A stretch of DNA of 49,749 nt from Betaproteobacteria bacterium (GTDB lineage Bacteria > Pseudomonadota > Gammaproteobacteria > Burkholderiales > SG8-41), in NCBI GenBank assembly GCA_031381325.1, contig JANMXV010000743.1, forward strand, positions 1-49,749. Direction: 5' to 3'. Positions 10,454 to 21,475 of the stretch are shown piece by piece. How positions within the stretch are numbered: position 1 is the stretch's first letter; every line of letters begins with the position of its first letter. The notes under the pieces are model-generated. The model searched no databases, had not been told where the DNA came from, and saw only the letters and a program-made list of their open reading frames with translations. The translations under genes were made by a program, and so were the position numbers.

Positions 10454-13281
10454 TGCAGCATCGCTTTCAGATAGCGCGCGGTGTGGCTCCCGGTGTGGCG
10501 TGCGACTGCTTCGGGGGCGCCTTCGACCAGTATACGGCCACCGCCATTACCGCCTTCGGGCCCCAGGTCAATAATCCAGTCGGCGGTTTTGATCACGTCT
10601 AGATTGTGTTCGATGACCACCACCGTGTTGCCATGATCGCGCAGCCGGTGCAACACATGCAGCAGCATATCGATGTCGTAAAAATGCAAGCCCGTGGTGG
10701 GCTCATCAAGGATGTACAGGGTACGCCCGGTGTCGCGCTTGGACAATTCCAGCGCGAGCTTTACACGCTGCGCTTCGCCACCCGATAGCGTAATCGCGCT
10801 CTGGCCGAGCTTGATGTAACCCAAACCGACGTCGAGCAACGTTTGCAGTTTTCGCGAGATCGCCGGTACCGCGCTGAAAAACTCCGTCGCCTGCTCGACC
10901 GTCATAGCCAGCACTTCGGTGACATTTTTACCCTTGTAGAGAATTTGCAGCGTCTCGCGGTTGTAGCGCTTGCCGTGGCAAACGTCGCAGGGCACGTAGA
11001 CATCGGGCAGAAAATGCATTTCCACCTTCAGCATGCCGTCGCCTTGACAGGCCTCGCAGCGCCCACCCTTGACGTTAAATGAGAAGCGCCCCGCGCCATA
11101 GCCGCGCTCGCGTGCTGCAGGCACGCCGGCGAACAAATCGCGTATCGGCGTGAACAAGCCCGTGTACGTGGCCGGATTGGAGCGCGGCGTGCGGCCGATA
11201 GGGCTTTGATCGACATTGACCACTTTGTCGAAGAACTCCAGCCCTGCAATGCTCTCGTGCGGCGCAGGTTCTGCAGCGCTGCCGTACAGGTGTTGCGCGG
11301 CCGCGCTGTAGAGCGTGTCGTTAATCAAGGTGGATTTACCCGAACCCGAAACGCCGGTGATGCATACGAACAGGCCCACCGGAATGCCAACGGTGACCTT
11401 TTTGAGATTGTTGCCGCTGGCGCCGGTGATGACGAGTTTGCGCTTATCGTTGATCGGGTGTCGCAGCGCCGGAATATCGATACGGCGGCGTCCCGATAGA
11501 TATTGTCCCGTAAGCGATTCCGCGTGTGCGCACACTTCAGCGGCAGTGCCTTCTGCAATCACGCGGCCGCCATGCACGCCCGCGCCCAAGCCCATATCGA
11601 TCACATAATCGGCGCTCATGATTGCCTCCTGATCATGCTCGACGACGATCACCGAGTTGCCGATGTCGCGCAGGCGCTTCAACGTTTCGATCAGGCGTGC
11701 GTTGTCGCGCTGATGCAGGCCGATCGACGGTTCATCGAGCACGTACATCACGCCAGTCAAGCCGGAACCGATCTGACTGGCCAAGCGTATGCGTTGCGCC
11801 TCACCGCCCGACAGCGTATCCGCCGCGCGGTCGAGCGACAGGTAGTCAAGGCCGACGTTGACCAGAAACTGCAATCGGTTGGCGATCTCATGCACGATCT
11901 TGTCGGCAATCGCGCGCCGCGCGCCGGAGATATCCATGGCAGCGAAAAACTTCACTGCCTCATCAAGGGCTAAATTGCTGATTTCATGTATATTTTTTTC
12001 TCCGACCGTCACATGCCGCGCTTCGCGTCTAAGCCGTGTACCCACGCATTCCGGGCAGGTTTGTGTATTCAGATATTTGGCGAGTTCTTCGCGCACCAAC
12101 ACCGAATCGGTTTCACGGTAGCGGCGCTCGAGATTGGGCAGCACGCCCTCGAACACATGCTCGCGCACCGTGTTCTTGCCACGCTCGCCTGCATAATTGA
12201 AGGCGATTTTCTCGCTGCCGGAACCGTTGAGGATGGTGTTTTTAACTTCGTCCGACAGTTCGTGGTACGGCGCCTCCAGATCGAAGCCGTAGTGCTGCGC
12301 CAGGCTTTGCAGCATGTCGTAAAAAAACTGGTTGCGCCGGTCCCAGCCTTTAATGGCGCCGGACGCTAGCGATAAATCAGGAAATGCCACCACCCGTTTG
12401 GGATCGTAAAAACTGACATGGCCGATACCGTCGCAGCGCGGACACGCGCCCATCGGATTGTTGAACGAAAACAGGCGCGGTTCGAGTTCCGGCAGCGAAT
12501 AGCTGCATAGGGGGCAGGCGAACTTGGCCGAAAACAAATGCTCCTTGCCGCTGTCCATTTCAACGGCAAGCGCACGGCCATCGGCGTGACGCAGCGCGGT
12601 TTCGAACGATTCCGCGAGCCGCTGCTTGGCGTCTTCGCGCACCTTAAGCCGATCTACGATCACATCGACGGTGTGCTTGAAATTCTTTTTCAATTTAGGC
12701 AGATCATCGATTTCATACACCTTGCCGTCGATGCGCAGGCGCGCAAAACCCTGGGCGCGCAATTCATCGAATAGATCGGCCTGCTCGCCCTTGCGCCCGG
12801 CTATCAGCGGCGCCACAATCATCAGACGCGTGTCGGCGGGCAGGGTGAGCACGTGGTCAACCATCTGCGCCACGCTCTGCGCTTCGAGCCGTTTGCCGTG
12901 ATCGGGGCAGTGTGGATCGCCCACGCGCGCGAACAGCAGACGCAGATAGTCATGAATTTCGGTGATGGTGCCGACAGTGGAGCGCGGATTGTGGCTGGTG
13001 GCTTTTTGCTCGATGGAAATCGCCGGCGACAAGCCGTCGATCAGATCGACATCCGGCTTTTCCATGATCTGCAGAAATTGCCTCGCGTATGCCGACAGCG
13101 ATTCGACATAGCGGCGCTGACCTTCAGCGTAGAGCGTATCAAACGCCAGCGAGGATTTGCCCGAACCCGACAAGCCGGTGATCACCACCAGCCGGTTACG
13201 CGGCAGATCGAGGTTGATATTTTTCAGGTTGTGCGTGCGTGCGCCGCGAACCCGAATGTACTCGCCGGCTTTGGTGGGCAC
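10450..13281 (-). CDS. uvrA: Excinuclease ABC subunit A
   Basis: Two ABC ATPase modules and zinc-finger Cys clusters; [50 protein letters not shown]. The longest ORF reaches 13491, which would overlap the divergent MFS gene start. GTG at 13281 gives a typical 943-aa UvrA. The start remains uncertain. Confidence 0.93.
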   Translation of the reverse strand: MPTKAGEYIRVRGARTHNLKNINLDLPRNRLVVITGLSGSGKSSLAFDTLYAEGQRRYVESLSAYARQFLQIMEKPDVDLIDGLSPAISIEQKATSHNPRSTVGTITEIHDYLRLLFARVGDPHCPDHGKRLEAQSVAQMVDHVLTLPADTRLMIVAPLIAGRKGEQADLFDELRAQGFARLRIDGKVYEIDDLPKLKKNFKHTVDVIVDRLKVREDAKQRLAESFETALRHADGRALAVEMDSGKEHLFSAKFACPLCSYSLPELEPRLFSFNNPMGACPRCDGIGHVSFYDPKRVVAFPDLSLASGAIKGWDRRNQFFYDMLQSLAQHYGFDLEAPYHELSDEVKNTILNGSGSEKIAFNYAGERGKNTVREHVFEGVLPNLERRYRETDSVLVREELAKYLNTQTCPECVGTRLRREARHVTVGEKNIHEISNLALDEAVKFFAAMDISGARRAIADKIVHEIANRLQFLVNVGLDYLSLDRAADTLSGGEAQRIRLASQIGSGLTGVMYVLDEPSIGLHQRDNARLIETLKRLRDIGNSVIVVEHDQEAIMSADYVIDMGLGAGVHGGRVIAEGTAAEVCAHAESLTGQYLSGRRRIDIPALRHPINDKRKLVITGASGNNLKKVTVGIPVGLFVCITGVSGSGKSTLINDTLYSAAAQHLYGSAAEPAPHESIAGLEFFDKVVNVDQSPIGRTPRSNPATYTGLFTPIRDLFAGVPAARERGYGAGRFSFNVKGGRCEACQGDGMLKVEMHFLPDVYVPCDVCHGKRYNRETLQILYKGKNVTEVLAMTVEQATEFFSAVPAISRKLQTLLDVGLGYIKLGQSAITLSGGEAQRVKLALELSKRDTGRTLYILDEPTTGLHFYDIDMLLHVLHRLRDHGNTVVVIEHNLDVIKTADWIIDLGPEGGNGGGRILVEGAPEAVARHTGSHTARYLKAMLQ

Positions 13282-13481
13282 GGCGGCGGGTGCGTCCGCG
13301 CCAGTGTGCGGCAGGCGAATAACGTTGGGCGCTGTGGAAACTTCTGCAACCACGGGTGCCGGTGCAACGTCAGGGCCGATGTTGGAGCTTGCGGTCAATT
13401 TGCAACCAGTCGTTAAATGTAAACCTGCTAATATACCCGCCTTTCGGTTCAATTCCCAATTCGTTTTCCTGCCTTTTTTCC

Positions 13482-14717
13482 ATGTCATCAAACAATCGCA
13501 TGAGCCCGCTTGAACTGCGTGCCAGTCTTGCGCTTGCCAGCGTATTCGGACTGCGGTTGTTTGGCATGTTTGTCATCCTGCCGGTGTTCGCAATTTATGC
13601 CGAAACGTTGCCGGGCGGTCGTGACCTCACGCTGGTGGGCATCGCCATCGGCGCCTACGGGCTGACCCAGGCGATTCTGCAAATTCCGTTTGGCTGGTGG
13701 TCGGATCGCATCGGACGCAAGCCGGTGATATATATGGGGCTCATCCTGTTTGCTGCGGGAAGCTTCGTTGCGGCTGCCGCACCGAACATCTACATCGTGA
13801 TTGTGGGCCGCGTATTGCAAGGCGCAGGCGCGATTTCGGCCGCAGTGATGGCGCTGGCGTCCGATCTCACGCGTGAAGAACACCGCACCAAATCAATGGC
13901 GATGATCGGCTCTACCATCGGCTTGGTATTTGCGTTTTCGCTGGTGGCTGCGCCGTGGCTCAATCAGTTGATCGGCGTGCCCGGCATTTTTGCGTTAACC
14001 GGCGTGTTTGCCCTTGCAGCGGTCGGCGTGGTGTGGCGCACCGTGCCATCCGTTATCGAGAGTCCGCCGACGCGAACTTCAAGTCTGTTGGCGGATCTTA
14101 AAAACGTGCTTGCCGACCCGCAACTCGTACGCTTGAACTGGGGTATTTTTGCGCTGCATGCGGTGCTGATGGCGCTGTTTGTCGCGGTGCCGTTTGCTCT
14201 GCGCGAAGCGGGCATGCCGCTCAATCAGCACTGGAAGGTTTACCTGCCGGTGATGCTGACGTCGTTCGTACTCATGCTGCCGGCGGTGATGGGTGCGCAG
14301 GTGCCGAGCCGTCTCAAGCGCTGGTTCGTGGCCTCGGTGGCGGTACTGCTGATGGGGCAGGGTGCGATGCCGTGGCTGATGGGAGAGATATGGACTATCT
14401 CATTGTTTTTATTATTATTTTTTACGCCGTTCAATGTACTCGAAGCGATGCTGCCATCGCTGGTGTCGCGCTTGGCGCCGCCACAGTTGAAGGGTGCGGC
14501 GATCGGCGTTTATAGCAGCGTGCAGTTTCTCGGCACGTTCGCGGGTGCCGCCGCCGGCGGTTTTTTATACGGCCGTTGGGGTATCGCCGGCATCGTGGTT
14601 CCCGGCGTAGTCCTGCTGGCAATCTGGCTTATACTCGCAGTCGGCATGCAGGCGCCGCCGCTGCGAGTCAAGAGCAAAGTCACCGCGTCGCACGCGGTCG
14701 GCGAGCCGGCGCGATAA
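13482..14717 (+). CDS. MFS transporter
   Basis: Polytopic ORF. The ATG at 13482 ([25 protein letters not shown]...) is chosen over the ORF-track start at 13356, which lies inside uvrA. Contains the MFS-type loop [11 protein letters not shown]. The uvrA / MFS-ssb divergent arrangement is common. Confidence 0.85.
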   Translation: MSSNNRMSPLELRASLALASVFGLRLFGMFVILPVFAIYAETLPGGRDLTLVGIAIGAYGLTQAILQIPFGWWSDRIGRKPVIYMGLILFAAGSFVAAAAPNIYIVIVGRVLQGAGAISAAVMALASDLTREEHRTKSMAMIGSTIGLVFAFSLVAAPWLNQLIGVPGIFALTGVFALAAVGVVWRTVPSVIESPPTRTSSLLADLKNVLADPQLVRLNWGIFALHAVLMALFVAVPFALREAGMPLNQHWKVYLPVMLTSFVLMLPAVMGAQVPSRLKRWFVASVAVLLMGQGAMPWLMGEIWTISLFLLLFFTPFNVLEAMLPSLVSRLAPPQLKGAAIGVYSSVQFLGTFAGAAAGGFLYGRWGIAGIVVPGVVLLAIWLILAVGMQAPPLRVKSKVTASHAVGEPAR

Positions 14718-14735
14718 TTTTTTCGGGAGTTAAAC

Positions 14736-15209
14736 ATGGCATCAGTCAACAAAGTCATCCTTCTCGGCAACCTGGGCGCCGATCCTGAAACCCGTTATCT
14801 ACCGAGTGGTGAGGCGGTCGCTAATATACGCATTGCAACTACCGATACCTGGAAAGACAAGAGCGGCGCCAAGCAAGAGCACACGGAATGGCATCGCATT
14901 TCATTTTTTGGCCGGCAGGCAGAAATCGCCGGTGAATACCTGAAAAAGGGTTCTCCGGTTTATGTCGAAGGCCGTATCCGCACGCGCAAATGGCAGGACA
15001 AAGAAGGCCAGGATCGCTATACCACCGAAATCGTCGGTGACCGCATGCAACTGCTGGGCAGTCGCGGCGGCTCGGAGAACATGGCGCGTGAGCCGTCGGC
15101 TGCTACGGCCGGCGCGGGTAGTGGCGCTCCTGCCGCCGCGGGCGAAAAGCGTCCACCCGCGAAAAAGGGCGGCGGGTTTGACGAAATGGATGACGATATT
15201 CCGTTTTAG
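14736..15209 (+). CDS. ssb: Single-stranded DNA-binding protein
   Basis: 157-aa [41 protein letters not shown]..., a Gly/Ala-rich linker and the acidic tip DEMDDDIPF. Confidence 0.96.
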   Translation: MASVNKVILLGNLGADPETRYLPSGEAVANIRIATTDTWKDKSGAKQEHTEWHRISFFGRQAEIAGEYLKKGSPVYVEGRIRTRKWQDKEGQDRYTTEIVGDRMQLLGSRGGSENMAREPSAATAGAGSGAPAAAGEKRPPAKKGGGFDEMDDDIPF

Positions 15210-15221
15210 CCGCTGCTTGAT

Positions 15222-16394
15222 TCAGTGGCGCGCGATCGTGCGCGCGGTGTGCCGCGCAATTACCGCTTCTTCATTGGTGGGAATCACGCACACCGCAATG
15301 CGGCTTCCGGCGCTGTTGATCGTGGATTGATGTGCGCGATTGCCTGCGTCGTCAATTTCCAGCCCCAACCAACCCAGCCTCTCGCAGATACGCGCGCGCA
15401 CCTCATGCGCGCGTTCGCCGATGCCGGCGGTGAATATCAGCGCATCGAGTCCGCCGATTGCTGTGATGAGCGAGCCGATTTCACGCACGGCGCGGTAGCA
15501 GAATAAATCTATCGCTTCTTTTGCGGCGGGCGCGGTGCTGGCCAGCAGTTCACGCATATCGCTGCTCAAGCCTGATACGCCGAGCAATCCGGAGCGGCGG
15601 TAGAGTAAATCTTCAATTTGCTCTGGCGATAAGGCTTTTTCACGCATCAAATAAAGCATGACACCGGGGTCGAGGGCGCCGCAGCGCGTGCCCATCATCA
15701 GGCCGTCGAGCGCGGTGAATCCCATTGTGGTTGCGACACTTTTGCGGTTGCGCATGGCGCACAGACTTGCGCCGTTGCCCAGATGCGCGACGATCACGCG
15801 GCCGTCGGCGCGCGCGCCCAGATATTGCGGCAACACGCCGGCGATATGTTTATACGACAGGCCGTGAAAGCCGTAGCGCTTGATGCCGCTGGCGGTGAGT
15901 TCGCGCGGTAACGCAAAGCTTTGCGCGAGTGTGTCCTGCGTGCGATGAAACGCGGTGTCGAAGCACGCCACCTGTGGCAGATCGGGTTGCAAGGTCATCA
16001 GCGCGCGGATCGCCGCGAGGTTGTGCGGTTGGTGCAGCGGGGCGAGCGGCACCAGGCGCTCCAGTTGCGCAAATACTTTCGTGTCAATCAATGCCGGCTC
16101 GGCGAAATGTTCGCCGCCATGTACCACGCGATGGCCCGCGCCGGCGAGTTGTCCGCTTTGATGATGATGCAGCCAATCAAACAGCCACGCCAGTGCGGAT
16201 TCGTGGGTCAGCGAATTCAGCGGTAATTGCCCGGTAAGCGCACTGCCGGTGTGGTCGCGGGCGCTGAACGCAGGTGTGCCGCCTAATTCCGATATCGTGC
16301 CCTGCACCTGCGCATGCACTTGCGACAAGGCGTTAAACAGCGCGAACTTGATACTCGACGAGCCGGAATTGAGTACCAGAATGGGGCTACCCAT
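15222..16394 (-). CDS. ackA: Acetate/propionate kinase
   Basis: 390-aa ORF with ILVLNSGSSSIKFALF..., HRVVHGG, GFHGLSY and IVAHLGNGAS motifs. No pta is present in the window. Confidence 0.9.
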   Translation of the reverse strand: MGSPILVLNSGSSSIKFALFNALSQVHAQVQGTISELGGTPAFSARDHTGSALTGQLPLNSLTHESALAWLFDWLHHHQSGQLAGAGHRVVHGGEHFAEPALIDTKVFAQLERLVPLAPLHQPHNLAAIRALMTLQPDLPQVACFDTAFHRTQDTLAQSFALPRELTASGIKRYGFHGLSYKHIAGVLPQYLGARADGRVIVAHLGNGASLCAMRNRKSVATTMGFTALDGLMMGTRCGALDPGVMLYLMREKALSPEQIEDLLYRRSGLLGVSGLSSDMRELLASTAPAAKEAIDLFCYRAVREIGSLITAIGGLDALIFTAGIGERAHEVRARICERLGWLGLEIDDAGNRAHQSTINSAGSRIAVCVIPTNEEAVIARHTARTIARH

Positions 16395-16490
16395 AATGCG
16401 CCATACCTAGCCGGCCAACGCTGGGAGGCGGACCGGGGGCCCGTAAGGCCCCCGCCGCTCAATCTGTTATCAACAGTTACGCAGGACTAC

Positions 16491-16757
16491 TTAGTTCCAG
16501 CCCGCCTTTTTGCTGCACATTGCCATCGTCTTCGGATTTCTCTGTTCCCACGCGGTAATAGACAGTGTCTCGTTGTCGCTCATTTCGTTGTTCATGCATG
16601 TGCAATATGCCCTGACAACAGGCGGTGTTGCACCTTCGCGCTTGTTATCCCTTATGCACCTGTTGATCCACGCCGTGTCATCGGCCGTTTGCGCAAAGCC
16701 TTGGCTGCAAGTCAGGGCAAATGCGAAGAGTGCCAGCCGGATTATGCTCATTTTCAT
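16491..16757 (-). CDS. Small secreted Cys-containing protein, copy 1 (unknown function)
   Basis: ATG at 16757 is preceded by AGGAGA. MKMSIIRLALFAFALTCSQGFAQTADD... is a signal peptide. The mature part is about 60-65 aa with 4 Cys. A paralogue lies 484 bp away. Confidence 0.7.
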   Translation of the reverse strand: MKMSIIRLALFAFALTCSQGFAQTADDTAWINRCIRDNKREGATPPVVRAYCTCMNNEMSDNETLSITAWEQRNPKTMAMCSKKAGWN

Positions 16758-16974
16758 TTTAAATCTCCTGAGAAGTGGGTTACCAATGCCCGAAATGGGC
16801 GCTAAAGCACTGCACGTAGTCCGCAAGCCGCTGTGCTGCTGCTCACGCAACACGTAGACTCAAGCGTATTGTAGCAGCGAGCGGGCGCAATGCCTTGCAG
16901 CCCCGCACGGGGACGCGGACTGCGAGGCAAGCCCCCCGCCGCTTAATCTGTTATCAACGGTTAAGCAAGATTAC

Positions 16975-17241
16975 TTATTTCCAACCTGACTTGGCAGCGC
17001 ACATTTCCATTGTCTTCGGATTTTTCTGTTCCCACGCGGTAATAGACAGCGTTTCGTTGTCGCTCATTTCGTTGTTCATGCATGTGCAATATGCCCTGAT
17101 AACAGCCGGTGTCGCACCCATACCCGCGCTATCCCGCACGCACCGGTTTATCCACGCGTTGTCATCGGCCGTTTGCGCAAAGCCTTGGCTGCAAGTCAGG
17201 GCAAATGCGAAGAGTGCCAGTCGGATGATGCTCATTTTCAT
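16975..17241 (-). CDS. Small secreted Cys-containing protein, copy 2 (unknown function)
   Basis: Same RBS and an identical signal peptide (MKMSIIRLALFAFALTCSQGFAQTADD). The mature region has diverged from copy 1 but keeps the same 4 Cys. Confidence 0.7.
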   Translation of the reverse strand: MKMSIIRLALFAFALTCSQGFAQTADDNAWINRCVRDSAGMGATPAVIRAYCTCMNNEMSDNETLSITAWEQKNPKTMEMCAAKSGWK

Positions 17242-17518
17242 TTTAAATCTCCTGAGAAGTGGGTTTCCAACACCCAAAGTGGGCGCTGACGCACTGCACG
17301 TAAACCGCGAGCCGCTGCGCTGCTGTTGGTGCAACACATTGACTCAAGCGCATTGTAGCAGCGAGCTGGGAACTGGTAAATTCTTACGGGTAAATACTTA
17401 CACCGGCTTCGGATAATCGCGCCAATGTGCAAGTATGCCGAACAGGGAATTTACGCTAAGCACTTGGTGTATAATACTTTTTTCGCATTTACTGTATTAT
17501 TTTTTCGAGTTTTCAATC

Positions 17519-17905
17519 ATGCCGATTTACGAGTATCGTTGTGACAGTTGCGGGTTCCAGAAGGAATACATTCTGCGCATGAGCGACGCGCCGCTGACCG
17601 ATTGCCCTGAATGCAAAAAAGCGACATTCAGCAAAATGGTGACCGCTGCCGGGTTTCACTTGAAAGGCGGCGGATGGTATGTAACGGATTTCAAAAGTGG
17701 CGGCAGCAATACCTCGGGCGCCCCTAAAAAAACTGATGAAAAACAATCTGATACGAGCGGGAAGTCCGAGCCTGCCAAGTCCGAGAAGGCCCCGTCTGAC
17801 GCCGCTTCTTCCAGCAGTTCTTCTACAACACCAGCGGCTGTGCCTGCCCCTTCCAGTACTTCTGGCAATTCCAGCAGCCCCGCCCCTTCCAGCAGCAGTA
17901 GTTGA
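17519..17905 (+). CDS. FmdB-family zinc-ribbon protein with a Ser/Pro/Ala-rich tail
   Basis: MPIYEYRCDSCGFQKEYILRMSDAPLTDCPECKK... has the CxxC...CxxC pattern of the FmdB regulatory family. The ATG at 17519 is chosen over the ORF-track start at 17435. Confidence 0.85.
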   Translation: MPIYEYRCDSCGFQKEYILRMSDAPLTDCPECKKATFSKMVTAAGFHLKGGGWYVTDFKSGGSNTSGAPKKTDEKQSDTSGKSEPAKSEKAPSDAASSSSSSTTPAAVPAPSSTSGNSSSPAPSSSSS

Positions 17906-18043
17906 TTGAAAATCCGCAAGACGCCCTGTAACGAATTTGGCGGGTTCGCGTTATCTTATGGGTGGCTTGTTCGAATCAGGCGGTGATTGCCGGTCGTTCA
18001 CGAAGCCGCAATAAAATCCGCTTAGCCTACCGTTTCGATTCTC

Positions 18044-18751
18044 ATGCCCAAGAAGAGTTTTTTCAAACGTTATCTGATTACCGGCCTGCTGATCTGGGTG
18101 CCGCTGGTGATCACGGTGTGGGTGCTCAACCTGCTGGTGAGCACCATGGATCAGACGCTGCTGTTACTGCCGCTGGCGCTGCGCACCGAAAGCTGGCTCG
18201 GCATACATATCCCCGGTCTGGGTGTCATTCTGACACTGGTAGTGGTGTTTCTCACGGGCGTGCTGGCGGCAAACTTCATCGGCCAGAAGCTGGTTGTATT
18301 CTGGGAGCGCGTGCTGCTGCACATTCCCGTGGTCAACTCCATTTACAAGGCGGTCAAACAGGTCAGTGATACGCTGTTTTCCGGATCAGGACACGCGTTT
18401 CGCAAGGTGCTGCTGGTGCGCTACCCGCACCCTGAAGCCTGGTCGCTGGCGTTTCAGACCAACGTGCCCAGCGGCCTGGTGAGCCGATTTTCCGAAGAAC
18501 ACGTCGCGGTGTTTATTCCCACGACGCCGAGTCCGGTAAACGGTTTTTATTTTTACGTCAAGCGCACCGAAGTCATCGAGCTCGACATGAGTATCGATGA
18601 AGCCTTGAAATACATTATTTCCATGGGCGTGGTGACATCGGACAATGCTGCCAGGGATCGCAAAGACGCCAGAGACGCTAAAGACATTGAGGCTCGCGCG
18701 TTGCCGCAGAGCGTGCCGCCGGTGGTGCAAACACGCGCGGCAAATGAGTAA
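18044..18751 (+). CDS. DUF502-family membrane protein
   Basis: 235-aa ORF with the N-terminus KRYLITGLLIWVPLVITVWVLNLLVSTMD and IPTTPSPVNGFYFYV, typical of DUF502. Confidence 0.8.
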   Translation: MPKKSFFKRYLITGLLIWVPLVITVWVLNLLVSTMDQTLLLLPLALRTESWLGIHIPGLGVILTLVVVFLTGVLAANFIGQKLVVFWERVLLHIPVVNSIYKAVKQVSDTLFSGSGHAFRKVLLVRYPHPEAWSLAFQTNVPSGLVSRFSEEHVAVFIPTTPSPVNGFYFYVKRTEVIELDMSIDEALKYIISMGVVTSDNAARDRKDARDAKDIEARALPQSVPPVVQTRAANE

Positions 18752-18800
18752 AGCGGGTATTTTTTAGTAAATTTTTATGAATTGTTCAGGTCTATAACTC

Positions 18801-20585
18801 ATGCGTAGCGAATATTGCGGGCTGGTGAACCGCAAACATCTGGGGCAAGTGGTGACCGTGCAGGGCTGGGTGCATCGCCGGCGCGATCACGGCGGCGTCA
18901 TTTTCATTGATATGCGCGACCGCGAGGGCTTGTTGCAAATCGTCTGCGACCCGGACAATCCCGACACCTTTAAAACGGCAGAAACGCTGCGCAACGAATT
19001 TGTGGTGAGCGTTACCGGCAAGGTACGGCTGCGCCCCGGCGGTACCGTGAATACCAACCTGGTGAGCGGCGAAGTCGAGGTGCTGGCGCAGTCGATTGAA
19101 ATTCTCAATCCTTCGCTCACGCCGCCGTTCCTGATGGACGACGAACAGGTATCGGAAAACGTGCGCCTCGAATATCGCTTTCTCGATCTGCGCCGTCCTG
19201 CGATGCAAAAGAATATGCGGCTGCGTTACCGCACCGCGATGGCAGTGCGTAACTACCTGGATAAGCTGGGTTTTATAGACATCGAAACGCCGATGCTGAC
19301 ACGCTCCACGCCCGAGGGCGCGCGCGATTATCTGGTGCCGTCGCGTGTGCATGCGGGTGAATTTTTCGCGTTGCCGCAGTCGCCGCAATTGTTCAAGCAG
19401 ATGCTGATGGTGTCGGGGTACGACCGCTACTATCAGATTGTCCGATGTTTTCGCGACGAGGATTTGCGAGCCGACCGTCAGCCGGAATTTACCCAAATCG
19501 ATATTGAGACGTCATTTCTGACGCAGACAGAAATCACGGACATGATGGAGGCAATGATCTGCAGCGTGTTCAAAGAAGTGCTGAACATCGATTTGCCGCA
19601 GCCGTTTCCGCGCATCTCGTTTGATAATGCACTGTTGCTCTACGGCTCCGACAAACCCGATATGCGCGTGCCCTTGAAGCTCACCGAACTTACTGATGCG
19701 ATGAAGGATGTCGCGTTCAAGGTGTTTTCCGGTCCGGCGAATACGCCGGGCGGAAGAGTCGCTGGACTACGGGTGCCCGGCGGCGCCACACTCACGCGCG
19801 GCGAGATCGACGCTTACACCGAATTCGCCAAAATCTACGGCGCCAAAGGGCTGGCCTACATCAAGATCAACGATGTGACGCAGTTGAACGAGACCGGCCT
19901 GCAATCACCCATCGTCAAAAATCTGTCTGAGGCGGCGCTCAAAGCGGCGGTCGAACGCACGGATGCGAAGAATGGCGATTTGATTTTCTTCGGCGCGGAC
20001 AAAGCCAAGGTGGTCAACGAAGCGCTCGGCGCACTGCGTGCGAAAATTGGTCATGAGCGTGGTTTTGCCGAAAAAGCCTGGAAGCCGTTGTGGGTGCTCG
20101 ACTTCCCGATGTTCGAGTGGGATGAAAACGGCAAGCGGTGGAACGCGATGCATCATCCGTTTACTTCGCCCGCTGCCGGACACGAGGATTTGCTCGCAAC
20201 CAATCCCGGTGCGGCGCGCGCCATTGCGCACGACATGGTGTTGAACGGTTGGGAAATCGGCGGCGGTTCGGTGCGTATCCACCGTCAGGACATTCAGTCC
20301 AAGGTGTTCACTGCTTTAGGTATCAATGCCGAAGAAGCCGAGGCGAAGTTCGGCTTCCTGTTGAAGGCGCTGCAATACGGCGCGCCGCCACATGGCGGTA
20401 TTGCGTTCGGTTTGGATCGCATTGTCACCCTGATGGCGGGCGCGGAGTCGATACGCGATGTGATCGCGTTCCCGAAAACGCAGCGCGCACAGTGTCTGCT
20501 GACGCAAGCGCCGAATGTGGTGGATGAACAGCAGTTACGCGAGTTGCACATACGTTTGCGCAAGGTTGAAACCCGAGCGGCGTGA
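18801..20585 (+). CDS. aspS: Aspartate--tRNA ligase
   Basis: 594-aa [12 protein letters not shown]....[30 protein letters not shown]...[18 protein letters not shown]...GLDR, showing class II motifs. Confidence 0.97.
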   Translation: MRSEYCGLVNRKHLGQVVTVQGWVHRRRDHGGVIFIDMRDREGLLQIVCDPDNPDTFKTAETLRNEFVVSVTGKVRLRPGGTVNTNLVSGEVEVLAQSIEILNPSLTPPFLMDDEQVSENVRLEYRFLDLRRPAMQKNMRLRYRTAMAVRNYLDKLGFIDIETPMLTRSTPEGARDYLVPSRVHAGEFFALPQSPQLFKQMLMVSGYDRYYQIVRCFRDEDLRADRQPEFTQIDIETSFLTQTEITDMMEAMICSVFKEVLNIDLPQPFPRISFDNALLLYGSDKPDMRVPLKLTELTDAMKDVAFKVFSGPANTPGGRVAGLRVPGGATLTRGEIDAYTEFAKIYGAKGLAYIKINDVTQLNETGLQSPIVKNLSEAALKAAVERTDAKNGDLIFFGADKAKVVNEALGALRAKIGHERGFAEKAWKPLWVLDFPMFEWDENGKRWNAMHHPFTSPAAGHEDLLATNPGAARAIAHDMVLNGWEIGGGSVRIHRQDIQSKVFTALGINAEEAEAKFGFLLKALQYGAPPHGGIAFGLDRIVTLMAGAESIRDVIAFPKTQRAQCLLTQAPNVVDEQQLRELHIRLRKVETRAA

Positions 20586-20652
20586 TTGCGGGTAATCCGC
20601 TACGGGTGGCCGCGCGTTAGTTGCTGAACAGGGAATAACGGGCCATAGACCA

Positions 20653-21042
20653 GTGAAAAAAATATTCAATATTTTCAAATACTTAGGTTTTTTTTTCGTA
20701 ACGATTTCGCTGGTGGCGCCGGTCGCCGCACAGCGCGAGAATGCGCCGCAGCGCGTGCAGCCGAGCCTCGCGGACATTAGCGTCCGAGAGCTGCCGCCGG
20801 AAGCACGCGACACGCTCAAGCAGATCGAGCGCGGCGGGCCGTATCAGTATGATCGCGACGGCATTGTTTTCGGCAATTTCGAAAAGCGCCTGCCGATTCA
20901 GGAGCGCGGGTACTACAACGAGTTCACGGTCAGGACGCCAGGTGTCAAGCATCGCGGCGCGCGGCGTATCATCGCGGGCAAGCGTGGCGAAAAGTACTAT
21001 AGCGACGATCACTATAAAACCTTCAAGCGGATAGTGCCATGA
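20653..21042 (+). CDS. Secreted guanyl-specific ribonuclease (barnase/RNase Sa/N1 family)
   Basis: GTG start and a signal peptide (MKKIFNIFKYLGFFFVTISLVAPVAAQ). LPPEARDTLKQIERGGPYQYDRDGIVFGNFEKRLP...GYYNEFTVRTPG...RGARRII...YYSDDHYKTFKRI matches the microbial RNase fold motifs. Confidence 0.88.
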   Translation: MKKIFNIFKYLGFFFVTISLVAPVAAQRENAPQRVQPSLADISVRELPPEARDTLKQIERGGPYQYDRDGIVFGNFEKRLPIQERGYYNEFTVRTPGVKHRGARRIIAGKRGEKYYSDDHYKTFKRIVP

Positions 21043-21464
21043 GCGCCATGAGTACCAATGCAGCAACGATAGAAGCGAAACGTTCCGGCGTGTACCGCAC
21101 GCCCGCGCATGCGGATGCCTTGCGCAAGGCGGCCGGCAACGCACTCACCTGGTTTGATGTGCCCCTGCAAAGCGTATCGAACAAGAAGCAATTTCTGACG
21201 GTATGCGCGAAGCAGTTGAAGCTGCCCTCGCACTTCGGCGACAACTGGGACGCGCTGGCCGATTGCGTACGCGACCTCAGTTGGGCGCCTGGCGGCGCGG
21301 GCTATGTGCTGCGCGTGAGCGGCAGCGAAAAATTCGCCAAGGCTGCGCCTGAGGATTATCAAACCGCCCTGGCCGTGCTGCGGGAAGCGGCTGTCTTCTG
21401 GAAAGACCAAGGCACGCCGTTCGTCGTGTTTGTGGATGCAGCCAAGGATTTGCCGACGTTTTAG
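21039..21464 (+). CDS. Barstar-family RNase inhibitor
   Basis: ATGA overlap with the RNase stop. KKQFLTVCAKQLKLPSHFGDNWDALADCVRDLSW is the barstar signature region. Confidence 0.85.
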   Translation: MSAMSTNAATIEAKRSGVYRTPAHADALRKAAGNALTWFDVPLQSVSNKKQFLTVCAKQLKLPSHFGDNWDALADCVRDLSWAPGGAGYVLRVSGSEKFAKAAPEDYQTALAVLREAAVFWKDQGTPFVVFVDAAKDLPTF

Positions 21465-21475
21465 GCTGTCGGGTC

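Larger units (their letters stand above)
16445..17366. repeat. Tandem direct duplication, two units of about 438 bp with a 484-bp period
   Basis: Unit 1 (16445-16882) and unit 2 (16929-17366) align end to end by eye. The alignment covers the downstream hairpin, the CDS, the RBS and about 125 bp of upstream sequence. A 46-bp unique spacer separates the units. Confidence 0.85.

Noticed and set aside
13282-13491. A 70-residue N-terminal extension of UvrA implied by the longest ORF (start at 13491).
   Set aside because: It would overlap the divergent MFS gene start and remove the shared promoter region. The extension ([19 protein letters not shown]...) has no UvrA similarity. A GTG at 13281 gives a normal-length protein beginning just before [11 protein letters not shown]. 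No clear RBS is visible for any candidate, so the start remains uncertain.
16469-16483. A LexA/SOS-box-like CTGTTATCAACAG downstream of the small secreted protein genes (also near 16951).
   Set aside because: The CTGT...ACAG halves are separated by 5 nt rather than the 8 nt of the proteobacterial SOS box. The site lies downstream of the genes it would control.
17470-17475. A perfect TATAAT hexamer upstream of the FmdB-family gene as a sigma-70 promoter.
   Set aside because: There is no acceptable -35 element at 16-18 nt spacing and no TGn extension, so it is not reported as a feature.
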